IMG/VR virus record: IMGVR_UViG_3300027759_000051
Reading direction: 5' to 3' (one strand)
From: a virus
Length of the DNA: 64,000 nucleotides
Below, in pieces: positions 48,601-56,826 of this stretch. Position 1 is the first letter of the stretch, and each line of letters opens with the position of its first letter. The notes below the pieces were generated by a model that saw only the letters and a program-made list of their open reading frames with translations, had not been told where the DNA came from and did not search any database. The position numbers and the translations under genes are program-made.

Positions 48601-51600
48601 TTGCCTGCTTGCTCCAGGGATAAGTCCCTCTATTCTGTCAAGCCTGAATGTCCTATATTCACCGGACTCGCTATCTATGCCACCAAAGTAAAGAGCTCCA
48701 GCCTTTGACCGACGAAGAGAGTCGTAAATACCATTATCCGACTCTGCTCTGATCTCACGCATTTTGCCGTTGTACTTGAATGCAACCGCATCTGGGGAAA
48801 CAAACAAGTATCTGAAGTTTGCACCAATGTCATCGGTGCGGGCTGCTGCCTCTTCTGGGGTTATGTTTGCTGGGTCTCCTTGGCGTGGATCAATTCCTCG
48901 TCCAGAAGAGAGACCACCTTCACCTTCTAGGCCAGCCTCAAGTTCGGATGAAGTCTTTAAAAAGTTCCGCTGCTCATCTTCGGACATTGAATCTTCTATT
49001 GCTTGCCTGATGTCATAACTGTCTTCATCGTACGAGCGGTACCCAAAGTCGCCGGGGCGGTTTTTGTAGTCGGACTTATTGATGCCGTGGTTTCTTTCTA
49101 AATAATCCCAACCAGGGTCGTCGCTTAGTGAACTCGTAGTGTTGGTCAGTACTTCATATACTTCGTAACCTAGATCTTCAGTGGAAAATTCGTCTATTTC
49201 TTTCAGGCGCTCAGCCAATGGCACATCTTTGCCAAGGGAGTTGACGACAAGTTTTTCACCAGTTGGCTTTTTACCAGAAGACAGACCACCTTCTGGAATA
49301 AATATACCTCTAGTTGCGCCACTTTCATAGTCTCTTATTGACTTTTCAAACTGTTCTGGCGTCATATTTGCTCTGAGGGCGGTAAGGAAATCCTCGCCAG
49401 TCATTTCATCAATAGACTCTGATATATATGCTTCTTCAACTTCATCGCTTGATGGGCTGTAGTCACGTTCTGACCCACGTGATCCAGATGACTCAAAACC
49501 AAAATCAACACTGCCCGCATACGAGTCAAGTTCATCTTCATCCGGCATGCCACCATAAACGGCATCATAGATCTCTGCGTCACTCATCACGTCCCGTGCG
49601 GAGTTTGATGAATAGTCATACCAAGAGTTATCACCTGTAATCGTTCCGTCAGATATCAACTTCTCAATTACGTCTGCGTATTTTTTATCATTATCAGAAA
49701 GGTTTATATAAACTTCTTCTTTGCGATGATCGGGAAGTGCTGCAACCATCCTCAGTCGTTCTTTTAATTGCTCAGGAGACATTCTTCTACCAGAAGACAG
49801 ACCACCCCTGCCATACGGTCTATCAAGGTAGTCGTCGTAAGCACTGGTCATTGCCTCAAGCGTGTCGCCATTTGCATTTCTCAGGTAGCGCTTATGAATA
49901 GCGTCATTCTGTTCCCAGTTGGCAACTATGTCTCCTGCTTCATCTGAGGAGAGTCCAGTTTTCTTGAGTGCATTGACAGCGTCTCTTCTGAAGTTTGCAG
50001 AGTAACCATACTTTGATGGATTATCTTCAAAGTCTGCTTTAGCAATTTCTGGGTCGTAGTCACGTGAACCAGGACGCTCGCTGCCTGGATTATCCGCAAA
50101 ATACGTCTGCTCAATAGCGGAGCGCTCATTATTGCTGAGTTCTTCGTATGAGGAGAATGGCTTGCCTAGTTCTCTTCTACCAGAAGAGAGACCACCTCGT
50201 TCGGCATCCATTTCGGCAAGCATTTCAAATGCCTTCTCATATTCAGCGTCGTTTGTTTTGTTGTTTCTAAGCTTTTTAATTGTTGGGTGGTCTTCTTCGA
50301 GGACCCCTCTGTCAATCAGGAAATCGGCAAGTGCTTTAGGATCGTTTCCTGCTTCTTCTTCTGCGAGGTCTACCCAACTCTTTTTACCAGAAGAGAGACC
50401 ATCCCGCTGAATATCTGCGGCTAGAATTTCTTGCATTTTCTGTGCAACCAGTGAATTTGGCTCCCCATACTCATTGGTTAATCTATATCCCGGAACGCCC
50501 TCATTTGAAAGAGCTTCCCTTGCTCTTTGCATGATGGAGTCATATTCTGCATCACCAGAATTCGCCATCTCCTCAAGCCTGCGCTCGGCAGTCATCATTG
50601 CTCGATTTTTTGAGGTATTTCTTAGACTTGGGTCAACTGTCCGTTTAGGCTTTCTAGGCTTTGCGGGAATGTCTCCAGATTCATTAAAGCGAATGCCAGA
50701 AGAGAGACCGCCTCTACCGAATCCATATTCGCTTTCGAGTTTGGCTAGACTTTCTCTATCTTCCCTGGCCCAGCCAGAAGTATCTGGAGCGACGGCCATG
50801 AGGAAATCTTTCATTCCTGCGTCAATTCCTGCGTACTGCTGTTCTCTGCTTGAATCTTCCGAGCGGTTAGCTTTGCCTCGTCCTAATTGAGAAACGACGT
50901 CTCTGTACCAACTTGAATACTTCGTAGAAGCCTTCTGCTTTTCATTGAAGTCTTTTGGCTGCTTTGCTGTGCCTTTGCCAAACCAGCGTGACCTTGCGTC
51001 GTTGTAGCCAAGTTCACGACCACGAAGGAAGTCCTCTGAGAATCTGCCACCACGCTCGTCTTGCTGACGCCCAATCGTGGTGAAGCTCATGTCCATGCCA
51101 GCTTCCCATGCATCAATCAGTTTGTCATGCGCTTCTCTCTTTGCATTTTCTTCTGCATTTGGGAATTGCTTCTCAAGGTCACGATCCCTATTTGAGTGAC
51201 GGCTCAGATCTCTTTTACCAGAAGATAGAGCTCTCCTGTCTGCTGCTGGTTTCTTGCTTCCGCCTTTTTGCTTCTTGAATGCTGCTGTTGCGCGTGCTGC
51301 GTCAACGACGCCTCTTGTTCCGAAGTCATTGATGCCTGGAATTGCTGGTCTTTGGTATGGAGTTCCTTCTTGAACTAATCCGTCGTTGTCGCCGTCCCAT
51401 GCCTTTGGATTAAATCTTGCAGCCATTCCACGGCCAGCCCTAGCAGTACGTCCTGCAAGGTTTCTGCCGAGTGCTTTTACTGCGTTATTAACTGCTTCTG
51501 CAAAATCTTTATTTACGCCAGATGTGAAAACAATTCCACCATCATCAACATATGCTTCTGCTCGGTAGTAGTCAATGATTGGGTCAATTGCCTGCTTCAT

Positions 51601-53070
51601 CTCAAATGCATCTTTTTTAGTTACTGGCAAGTAATAAATTTCATTGCTTGCAGACTTTACGGAGTATTCGCCTATGCGTGTCAACTTGACTGAAGGCACA
51701 AGCGCATCACGCTTGCTCTTGACTGCATGCCTTAGGTCGCCTTTTACAAATACTTCTAGGTACTTGTCTTCAACCTCTTTGAGCCACTTGACTTCTTCTT
51801 CTTGCATTTCTTCTAAGACTTCTTGCTTCTTGATAGGGCTTACCTTCACTACGCCCTCTGGGATAACGGCGAAGCGACACTTGCCACCATCTTCCACTTT
51901 CAATGCAATTATCTTGCAAACACCATTGCCTTCATACATGACGCAGTTTGAGCATTTGACGCCAATTTTTGCGACCATGTTCTCCGCTGCAGGCTTATAT
52001 CCAGCCCAAACGCCGTTCGCATCTTCGTTGAACTTGCCGTGTCTTTTGGTTATCTTTATAAGGGCTTCAGCAAGATCTGCTTCTTCCTGAACCAACTTTG
52101 GCTTTCCTGCTGGCTTGCTTGATGAATCTTCACCAGCGTAGTCAATTTGAACAAGTGGCATCTGGTTAGGCATGCCACCTGGCAAGACCTGTGGAACAAT
52201 AACTGTCTGATTTGGATTCTGTGGAACCATTGGACGCGAAGGCATTCCCATTGGCATCATTGGTTGTGGTTGTTGTGGCATCTGGCCTGGCATTTGCATT
52301 GGCTTATTTATGCGCTGTGGAGCAGAGAACATATAGGTACCGTTGTCATTATGAAAACGACACTTGTATGACTCTTCTTCGTCTTCTTCGCCAGTGGTAA
52401 ATGTGACAGAGCCATCCTCAATGGACGAGATCTTTACTTTTGATCCAGTTTGCAAAGAAAGTTCTTCCTGCAGCTTCCTCTGAACTTCATCTTCTGGGAT
52501 GTTTGGCATTCCCTGCATCATTGGCATCATCATTGGTTTTACGCCATCTGCGTTTTTTACAGAAATTGTGCCAGTCAGCTGATTAGCACCGTGCAAAACT
52601 GGAGAAACTTCATAGAGTTCAACTTCGTACAAGATGTTTGCTTGTGATCCTTGGTCAAACTGTGCACGGAGAGTTTTGTATCCGATAGACCACTCTTGCT
52701 CTTCACCAAAAAATGCAACATTGGCGAATGCTTCTTTGCCTTTTTCTGAGTTTAAGTTGAATTGGACTTTCGCATAAAGTCCACCGATTCCGGCTGATCT
52801 CATTTTTGGTGGGAGGCGAGGATCGTTTGGCGGAACCTCATACATTTCAAGGACTTTACCTATTGGATCGTTCCAGTTATGACCCCATACAACACGTGGC
52901 TTACGGCGCAGAAGGCTCTTAGCAAATGCTCCAGTTGCGCATACGTCACCAACGGAATCCTTGTTACCTATACCAGCAACAAAACACTCAACTATTCCCT
53001 GTGCTTGGTCTAGATTTACCTGACCAGTGCTTGCTTTGTATTGAATATTTTGTGAGTATGTATAGGACAT
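45601..53070 (-). CDS. HK97-type prohead protease fused to a giant GLSSG-linker cassette array (2489 aa)
   Basis: N-terminal DSVGD, WGHNWNDPIG, WSIGY, LYEVSPVLHGAN; directly after portal; 14 [GAS][LM]SSG linkers; WYL-like YRTFRLDRI. Confidence 0.9.
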   Translation of the reverse strand: MSYTYSQNIQYKASTGQVNLDQAQGIVECFVAGIGNKDSVGDVCATGAFAKSLLRRKPRVVWGHNWNDPIGKVLEMYEVPPNDPRLPPKMRSAGIGGLYAKVQFNLNSEKGKEAFANVAFFGEEQEWSIGYKTLRAQFDQGSQANILYEVELYEVSPVLHGANQLTGTISVKNADGVKPMMMPMMQGMPNIPEDEVQRKLQEELSLQTGSKVKISSIEDGSVTFTTGEEDEEESYKCRFHNDNGTYMFSAPQRINKPMQMPGQMPQQPQPMMPMGMPSRPMVPQNPNQTVIVPQVLPGGMPNQMPLVQIDYAGEDSSSKPAGKPKLVQEEADLAEALIKITKRHGKFNEDANGVWAGYKPAAENMVAKIGVKCSNCVMYEGNGVCKIIALKVEDGGKCRFAVIPEGVVKVSPIKKQEVLEEMQEEEVKWLKEVEDKYLEVFVKGDLRHAVKSKRDALVPSVKLTRIGEYSVKSASNEIYYLPVTKKDAFEMKQAIDPIIDYYRAEAYVDDGGIVFTSGVNKDFAEAVNNAVKALGRNLAGRTARAGRGMAARFNPKAWDGDNDGLVQEGTPYQRPAIPGINDFGTRGVVDAARATAAFKKQKGGSKKPAADRRALSSGKRDLSRHSNRDRDLEKQFPNAEENAKREAHDKLIDAWEAGMDMSFTTIGRQQDERGGRFSEDFLRGRELGYNDARSRWFGKGTAKQPKDFNEKQKASTKYSSWYRDVVSQLGRGKANRSEDSSREQQYAGIDAGMKDFLMAVAPDTSGWAREDRESLAKLESEYGFGRGGLSSGIRFNESGDIPAKPRKPKRTVDPSLRNTSKNRAMMTAERRLEEMANSGDAEYDSIMQRAREALSNEGVPGYRLTNEYGEPNSLVAQKMQEILAADIQRDGLSSGKKSWVDLAEEEAGNDPKALADFLIDRGVLEEDHPTIKKLRNNKTNDAEYEKAFEMLAEMDAERGGLSSGRRELGKPFSSYEELSNNERSAIEQTYFADNPGSERPGSRDYDPEIAKADFEDNPSKYGYSANFRRDAVNALKKTGLSSDEAGDIVANWEQNDAIHKRYLRNANGDTLEAMTSAYDDYLDRPYGRGGLSSGRRMSPEQLKERLRMVAALPDHRKEEVYINLSDNDKKYADVIEKLISDGTITGDNSWYDYSSNSARDVMSDAEIYDAVYGGMPDEDELDSYAGSVDFGFESSGSRGSERDYSPSSDEVEEAYISESIDEMTGEDFLTALRANMTPEQFEKSIRDYESGATRGIFIPEGGLSSGKKPTGEKLVVNSLGKDVPLAERLKEIDEFSTEDLGYEVYEVLTNTTSSLSDDPGWDYLERNHGINKSDYKNRPGDFGYRSYDEDSYDIRQAIEDSMSEDEQRNFLKTSSELEAGLEGEGGLSSGRGIDPRQGDPANITPEEAAARTDDIGANFRYLFVSPDAVAFKYNGKMREIRAESDNGIYDSLRRSKAGALYFGGIDSESGEYRTFRLDRIEGLIPGASRQSTSSGPYSRAGMSSGRRGLSSGRRELGKPFSSWEELSDNERSNIEQIYFVDNANSERPGSRDYDPEIAKADFEDNPAKYGYSANFRRDAINALKENGVSSDDAASIVGYWEESDAIHNRYIGMANGNTLEAMTSAYDDYLDRPYGRGGLSSGRYGEEYDPSKRDPSDYAQLNGEPHRPRWDGKSGQWVYDTPDDGTSKTRPHNWDTPDTPAEDHDMFWRDYVTIPYQELLAEYPVVAGEKSPAISGRVQRLAAARRFRMGLPFDGKLKPKRIRQFGQMSEDETEYKKQLVAEAIAKDFSHSGLSVDELAYRFNATPLQIHDVLDSVAELAPETFDGDRRATDIPSPSREVQRLRRERIELAQEYDTALKTNKDILSRRSDLIAEHPSTQRMKDVQALRLAKQKLRLAGVSFETADKDLEALRSEDNKIVNAKLKEIYDVDDEDLASTAREIFEENLSEDFDEDGEYIGSESAFYDVEDAKQDLIKDWNLVNVLVDSGQAKDDEDAEEILSGLVFNDVAALIPDENVIRVLAFNQAKQIELELNRYKEVASKLQANDPALNASEKENINEIFKLEAEATNAVNAALQDVDVPSKPRTPSSARGLSSGRSRSDSDGVDVGTVAGSVYSSTATRGMSSGMKFEPMGDAYERIDANNESSLRTAAIQVLAETPEVEKEFSGEQLYSYVMPNAENSAPYRDEIRNYQLAKLEHALKVREEIVKAVYEKNPDVQRQINAMDVYDFDKNNGGPLRSETVDSLADLDDFIQKIRDEVEMFEDRYDRKSQDLEDARELIPDTYREVEAAKLELESARMDLDEGDIELDEYTKLVEEINSRVNELNQQLDEYRSNRDDLAEEVSEAAFFGDGKMSAQVNDMVANYMNFSDSGNPRSARRSSLSSGRREMMQDTIAADENSARRESLLDADMAETDRMYSSFMSRPSSERASAFASYRRETGKSPNPNDPSFKRWIAGLESDLIMREDSGEMSGRDSGRGLSSGRNRKKG

Positions 53071-53165
53071 GCGAATAACTCCTTTGGTTATGAAACGATA
53101 ATAAACGAGGAAATGGTCGTTACAAAGGAAGTATTAGCAATTTATTGATGTTTTACAGAAATGGT

Positions 53166-55253
53166 TTACTGAAACATTCTTCCAAATGTCCACGCTCTGC
53201 GTGATTCGTCTTCGGCAACTTCAAATCTCTTCCGCGCCATGACGTTTGCATAGTGAGAAACTACTAATTCCCTAAATGCTGATGATCTTTGCTCTTCTCC
53301 TGCAACATTTAAGGATGTGAACATTGATTCTGAGATTTTGTCTCTTGTTTCTTTATTTATTTCTTTTATTCTGATCATCTGGGAACTTACTTGAGCCTGA
53401 ATATCTTGACTAGAAGCCCACGCTTTAGCGCTCTTGGTGTCTTTGTTTGTGACTTCTTTGTGCGCATCTTGAATAATTGCCGCAATGACTGGCTTTATGT
53501 CTTCATCCATCTGGCGATCCCATGTTTCTGACTGAAATATGGAGTCAATGTCTAGAGTTCCAGCAAAGAGTGATTTTTTAGCCTTTGCTCCTGAGATTTT
53601 TTCCAGAACAACACGCTGTTGTCTCTCTACAACTCTTTCAATGCTTCTGTTCAGAATCTCTTCCCACCTGTCAAGATCCAACTGCTCTAGCGATTTCGTG
53701 CCAGGGACTAGTGGTATTGGGGAAAACTGTTCTTCTTCTTCTTCTTCTTCTGGCGGAGCTGTCGCTAAGGTTGTTTCTGGTGGTGACTGCTCTGGCGGAA
53801 CTCCCAATGGTGGGGCAACTGCATCTTGAGGCATTGTTGTTTGAGCAAGTGCTCCAGCCATTGTGTTTGGATCAATCGGCTGCTCTCCGCCTGGCATGCC
53901 AGGAGGCATTCCCATTACTGGAGGCATTCCCGGCATTCCGGGAGCACCTGGTGGCATTCCTGGGGCACCTGGAGGCATTCCTGGAACTCCGCCTTGCTCC
54001 GCAGCAGGTGGTTCCATCTTCTTCTTTGTATTTGCAATCGGAATGAGGTTTGGATTCATCAATAGCGAGTCCGACAAATCGCTTTCTGTCTCTTTGCGCC
54101 CAGAACCATATCTGTATTCGTTGTTTGATATGAGTCCAGCTTGGAACTCATCCATCAAGTATCTTCTCTGCTCTTGCTTGTAAAGCATGATGATTGGGAC
54201 GTTTGATGTGTCAAAGTCTAGGTAGTAGTCATCGTCAAGTTCATCAAGCCCCCGCTCAAGGATCTCAAGATGAGGAAGCATTGTTTCCATCCAGAAAACA
54301 CGAATCTCTTCGGCTGCATTGCTGAAGGTTCTGCCAGCAGCGTTTCCTATTACGGATTCTGGTACACCGAATGATGCAAGTATTTCTTCTTTTGTTATCT
54401 GCCTCATCTGCATGTATGCAGCATCTCGTGGGCTGGCAGATGTGTCAACGTAGTCAACGCCATCATCAGATGCGATCACAGAGGTGTACCCAGTTCTAGA
54501 CAGGTTTCCCCTGAAGCGACTCTTGAGTTCTTCCTTGTCATCGTCGTCAATTTCGCCACGGAGAACTAAAAGTCCACCTGGTCTTCCGTCGTTGAGCAAG
54601 TAGTTTCTATTGTAGAGCTTTGCTAAGTTTTCTATTTCAATCGCTACTCCACATGCTTCTAGCGGAGTCAACGAAAGGTAAGGATCGAGCGGGTGAGGTC
54701 TGCGAATCCACAGAACATCCTCAGGTTTTAGAGTAACTTTTTGTCCATGAGGCATTTGAACCTCAAATCCAGAAACGAACTTTTTTGCATCTGGAATTGG
54801 AGCCGTAGATTGAGGCGGAAGAAGGTTCAGGCCGACAATGCCGCCATCACGTCCCCGCACCTTCTCTATAAAGACACCACGGGTACCAAGCAACAATTGA
54901 GCAGAAACTCTATATCTAAAGATAAAAGAGTTTTCACCGATATTTGATTTATTGTTCAGAACTTCAAGAAGCCTTGAGTTTTTTGCGCCCTTACCAGAGA
55001 GTATTTCCCCGTCTGGCGAGTTATCTTTTCTCAGTTGTATTGGAAGTCTTGCTTGGTTTCCTGCAATAGCGTCAATACACCTAGCAACCCAAGTGACCTT
55101 CTGCATGCCCTCTTTGTATGCTCGCTCAATATCCCATGAGTCCCTATATGGTCTTCCTGAATAGCCGGGGTTGTGAGATATTGGAGCACCAGGCCCAAGA
55201 TCTTTTGATTCCGCCCCATTTATAGATTTATCACTACGGGAGTTCCATGCCAT
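53166..55253 (-). CDS. HK97-family portal protein with Pro/Met-rich C-terminal extension
   Basis: VARCIDAIAGNQARLP, LTPLEA, NDGRPGG, EEILASFGVP..IG, NEYR. Confidence 0.92.
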   Translation of the reverse strand: MAWNSRSDKSINGAESKDLGPGAPISHNPGYSGRPYRDSWDIERAYKEGMQKVTWVARCIDAIAGNQARLPIQLRKDNSPDGEILSGKGAKNSRLLEVLNNKSNIGENSFIFRYRVSAQLLLGTRGVFIEKVRGRDGGIVGLNLLPPQSTAPIPDAKKFVSGFEVQMPHGQKVTLKPEDVLWIRRPHPLDPYLSLTPLEACGVAIEIENLAKLYNRNYLLNDGRPGGLLVLRGEIDDDDKEELKSRFRGNLSRTGYTSVIASDDGVDYVDTSASPRDAAYMQMRQITKEEILASFGVPESVIGNAAGRTFSNAAEEIRVFWMETMLPHLEILERGLDELDDDYYLDFDTSNVPIIMLYKQEQRRYLMDEFQAGLISNNEYRYGSGRKETESDLSDSLLMNPNLIPIANTKKKMEPPAAEQGGVPGMPPGAPGMPPGAPGMPGMPPVMGMPPGMPGGEQPIDPNTMAGALAQTTMPQDAVAPPLGVPPEQSPPETTLATAPPEEEEEEEQFSPIPLVPGTKSLEQLDLDRWEEILNRSIERVVERQQRVVLEKISGAKAKKSLFAGTLDIDSIFQSETWDRQMDEDIKPVIAAIIQDAHKEVTNKDTKSAKAWASSQDIQAQVSSQMIRIKEINKETRDKISESMFTSLNVAGEEQRSSAFRELVVSHYANVMARKRFEVAEDESRRAWTFGRMFQ

Positions 55254-55258
55254 ACTTT

Positions 55259-55438
55259 TTACTCACGACCCAAGATATAACCGAATAGGCCGCAGGAGAT
55301 ACCCGCGGTTATTAAACCAGCTGGCGCATAGATTAACCCAGCGCCAATTCCACTCAACAGTATAAATGAACTCATTAGCAAATAAGCGAAGGTTGACCGA
55401 TTAAACTTGATTAGCAGTGACTGCAGGATTTTTCGCAT
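55259..55438 (-). CDS. small membrane protein upstream of portal (not in ORF track)
   Basis: Own translation MRKILQ..FILLSGIGAGLIYAPAGLITAGISCGLFGYILGRE, 59 aa, two hydrophobic helices. Confidence 0.7.
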   Translation of the reverse strand: MRKILQSLLIKFNRSTFAYLLMSSFILLSGIGAGLIYAPAGLITAGISCGLFGYILGRE

Positions 55439-55489
55439 ATGCTACACAGTAGCCTAATGCAGTGGCTTGTGGCGTAGGAGATAAAAATA

Positions 55490-56797
55490 ATGACAACCGA
55501 TTGGAATAAGGTTCTTGAATATCTTCAGCCAAGAATGCCACCGTTTTGCCCAGAGGAACCATCAATAAACCAAAAAGTTTTTTTACGCACAAATTCAATT
55601 GAGGGATTATTTGGCGGAGCAGCAGGTGGTGGAAAGAGTTCAGCATTATTGATGTCTGCTCTGCAGTATGTTGACGTTCCTAGCTATTCAGCGATCCTTT
55701 TTAGACGTACCTTTGCCGACCTCTCGCTTCCCGGCGCACTCATGGACAGATTTAAGAGCTGGATAAATCTTTACGACGATGTCCACTGGAATAACAACAG
55801 TTTCGTGGCGACTTTCCCATCTGGGGCAAGAGTATCCTTTGGGTACCTAAATAACGCTGGGGACTATCTTCGTTACAAAGGTTCAGAGTTTCAGTTCATA
55901 GGAATGGACGAGGTTACGGAAATACGAGAATCGGACTATAGGTACATGTTCTCCCGTCTACGTCGTCCATCATCTGGTCCGCTTGCCAAGGTTCCACTCA
56001 GAATGAGGGCAGCATCCAACCCTGCCCCAAACTGGGTTAGGCAAAGGTTTATTGTTGAAGGGTTGGCAGAGGGAAGGATATTTGTCCCCTCAAAGTTGAC
56101 CGACAACCCCGGAATTGACGCAGCATCATACCGTCAAGCACTTTCCGCCCTTGACCCGATAGAGCGAAGAAGGCTCGAAGAGGGAGACTGGTGGTCAACT
56201 ACTCTCGGATCGTTGTTTGATAGGACTGCTTTCGTTATTATTGATAACAATGAGATTCCTCAAATAACAAGTTCCGCAAAAGCAGTTAGATTTTGGGACT
56301 TAGCGGCAACTGAGCCGTCCCATTCAAACCAAAACCCAGACTACACGGTTGGGACTTTAATGCTATTTGACCAAGGCATTGCTTATGTTCTTGACGTAAA
56401 GAGATTCAGGCTAAAAGGCGATAAGGTTGAGCACATGATTGCTCAAACCGCTTATGAAGACGGGCATGGAGTTCCAATAAGAATTGAACAAGAACCAGGG
56501 TCGAGCGGAAAAGCGTTGATGGATCAATATGCTCGCTATGTTGTCCCTGGATACGACTTTGGTTCAACTAGGCCTACTGGAGACAAGACAACAAGGGCTA
56601 GACCTTTCGCTGCAGCAACCGCCAATGGAAACGTAAGAGTTGTTCGTGGGCCGTGGCTCACTGACTGGCTAGATGAGTTCTCAAGCTTTCCAGAAGCATG
56701 TGATCACGACGACCAAGTTGACTCCGCCGTTGGTGCATTTACTCATCTTGCAGGGTTGGGGTTGCCACAAAGAAGATCAATCGCTATAGTGGTCTAA
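55490..56797 (+). CDS. terL: terminase large subunit
   Basis: Walker A GGAAGGGKS, Walker B IGMDE, ASNP, WDLA, HDDQVDS. Confidence 0.95.
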   Translation: MTTDWNKVLEYLQPRMPPFCPEEPSINQKVFLRTNSIEGLFGGAAGGGKSSALLMSALQYVDVPSYSAILFRRTFADLSLPGALMDRFKSWINLYDDVHWNNNSFVATFPSGARVSFGYLNNAGDYLRYKGSEFQFIGMDEVTEIRESDYRYMFSRLRRPSSGPLAKVPLRMRAASNPAPNWVRQRFIVEGLAEGRIFVPSKLTDNPGIDAASYRQALSALDPIERRRLEEGDWWSTTLGSLFDRTAFVIIDNNEIPQITSSAKAVRFWDLAATEPSHSNQNPDYTVGTLMLFDQGIAYVLDVKRFRLKGDKVEHMIAQTAYEDGHGVPIRIEQEPGSSGKALMDQYARYVVPGYDFGSTRPTGDKTTRARPFAAATANGNVRVVRGPWLTDWLDEFSSFPEACDHDDQVDSAVGAFTHLAGLGLPQRRSIAIVV

Positions 56798-56826
56798 GTA
56801 TAAGTAATTAGCAAAAAGGAAATATT

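Noticed and set aside
30020-49960. GLSSP (678-aa protein) and GLSSD (inside cassette B) as linkers
   Set aside because: They lack the final Gly and lie inside domains; the second copy of cassette B has GVSSD there. Not counted.
48146-50709. Recurring 14-bp repeat as a CRISPR array
   Set aside because: Repeats are short, in frame within an ORF and hundreds of bp apart; no cas operon.
33683-54947. Numerous plus-strand ORFs opposite the head operon
   Set aside because: Antisense shadows of long minus-strand genes, with no motifs.
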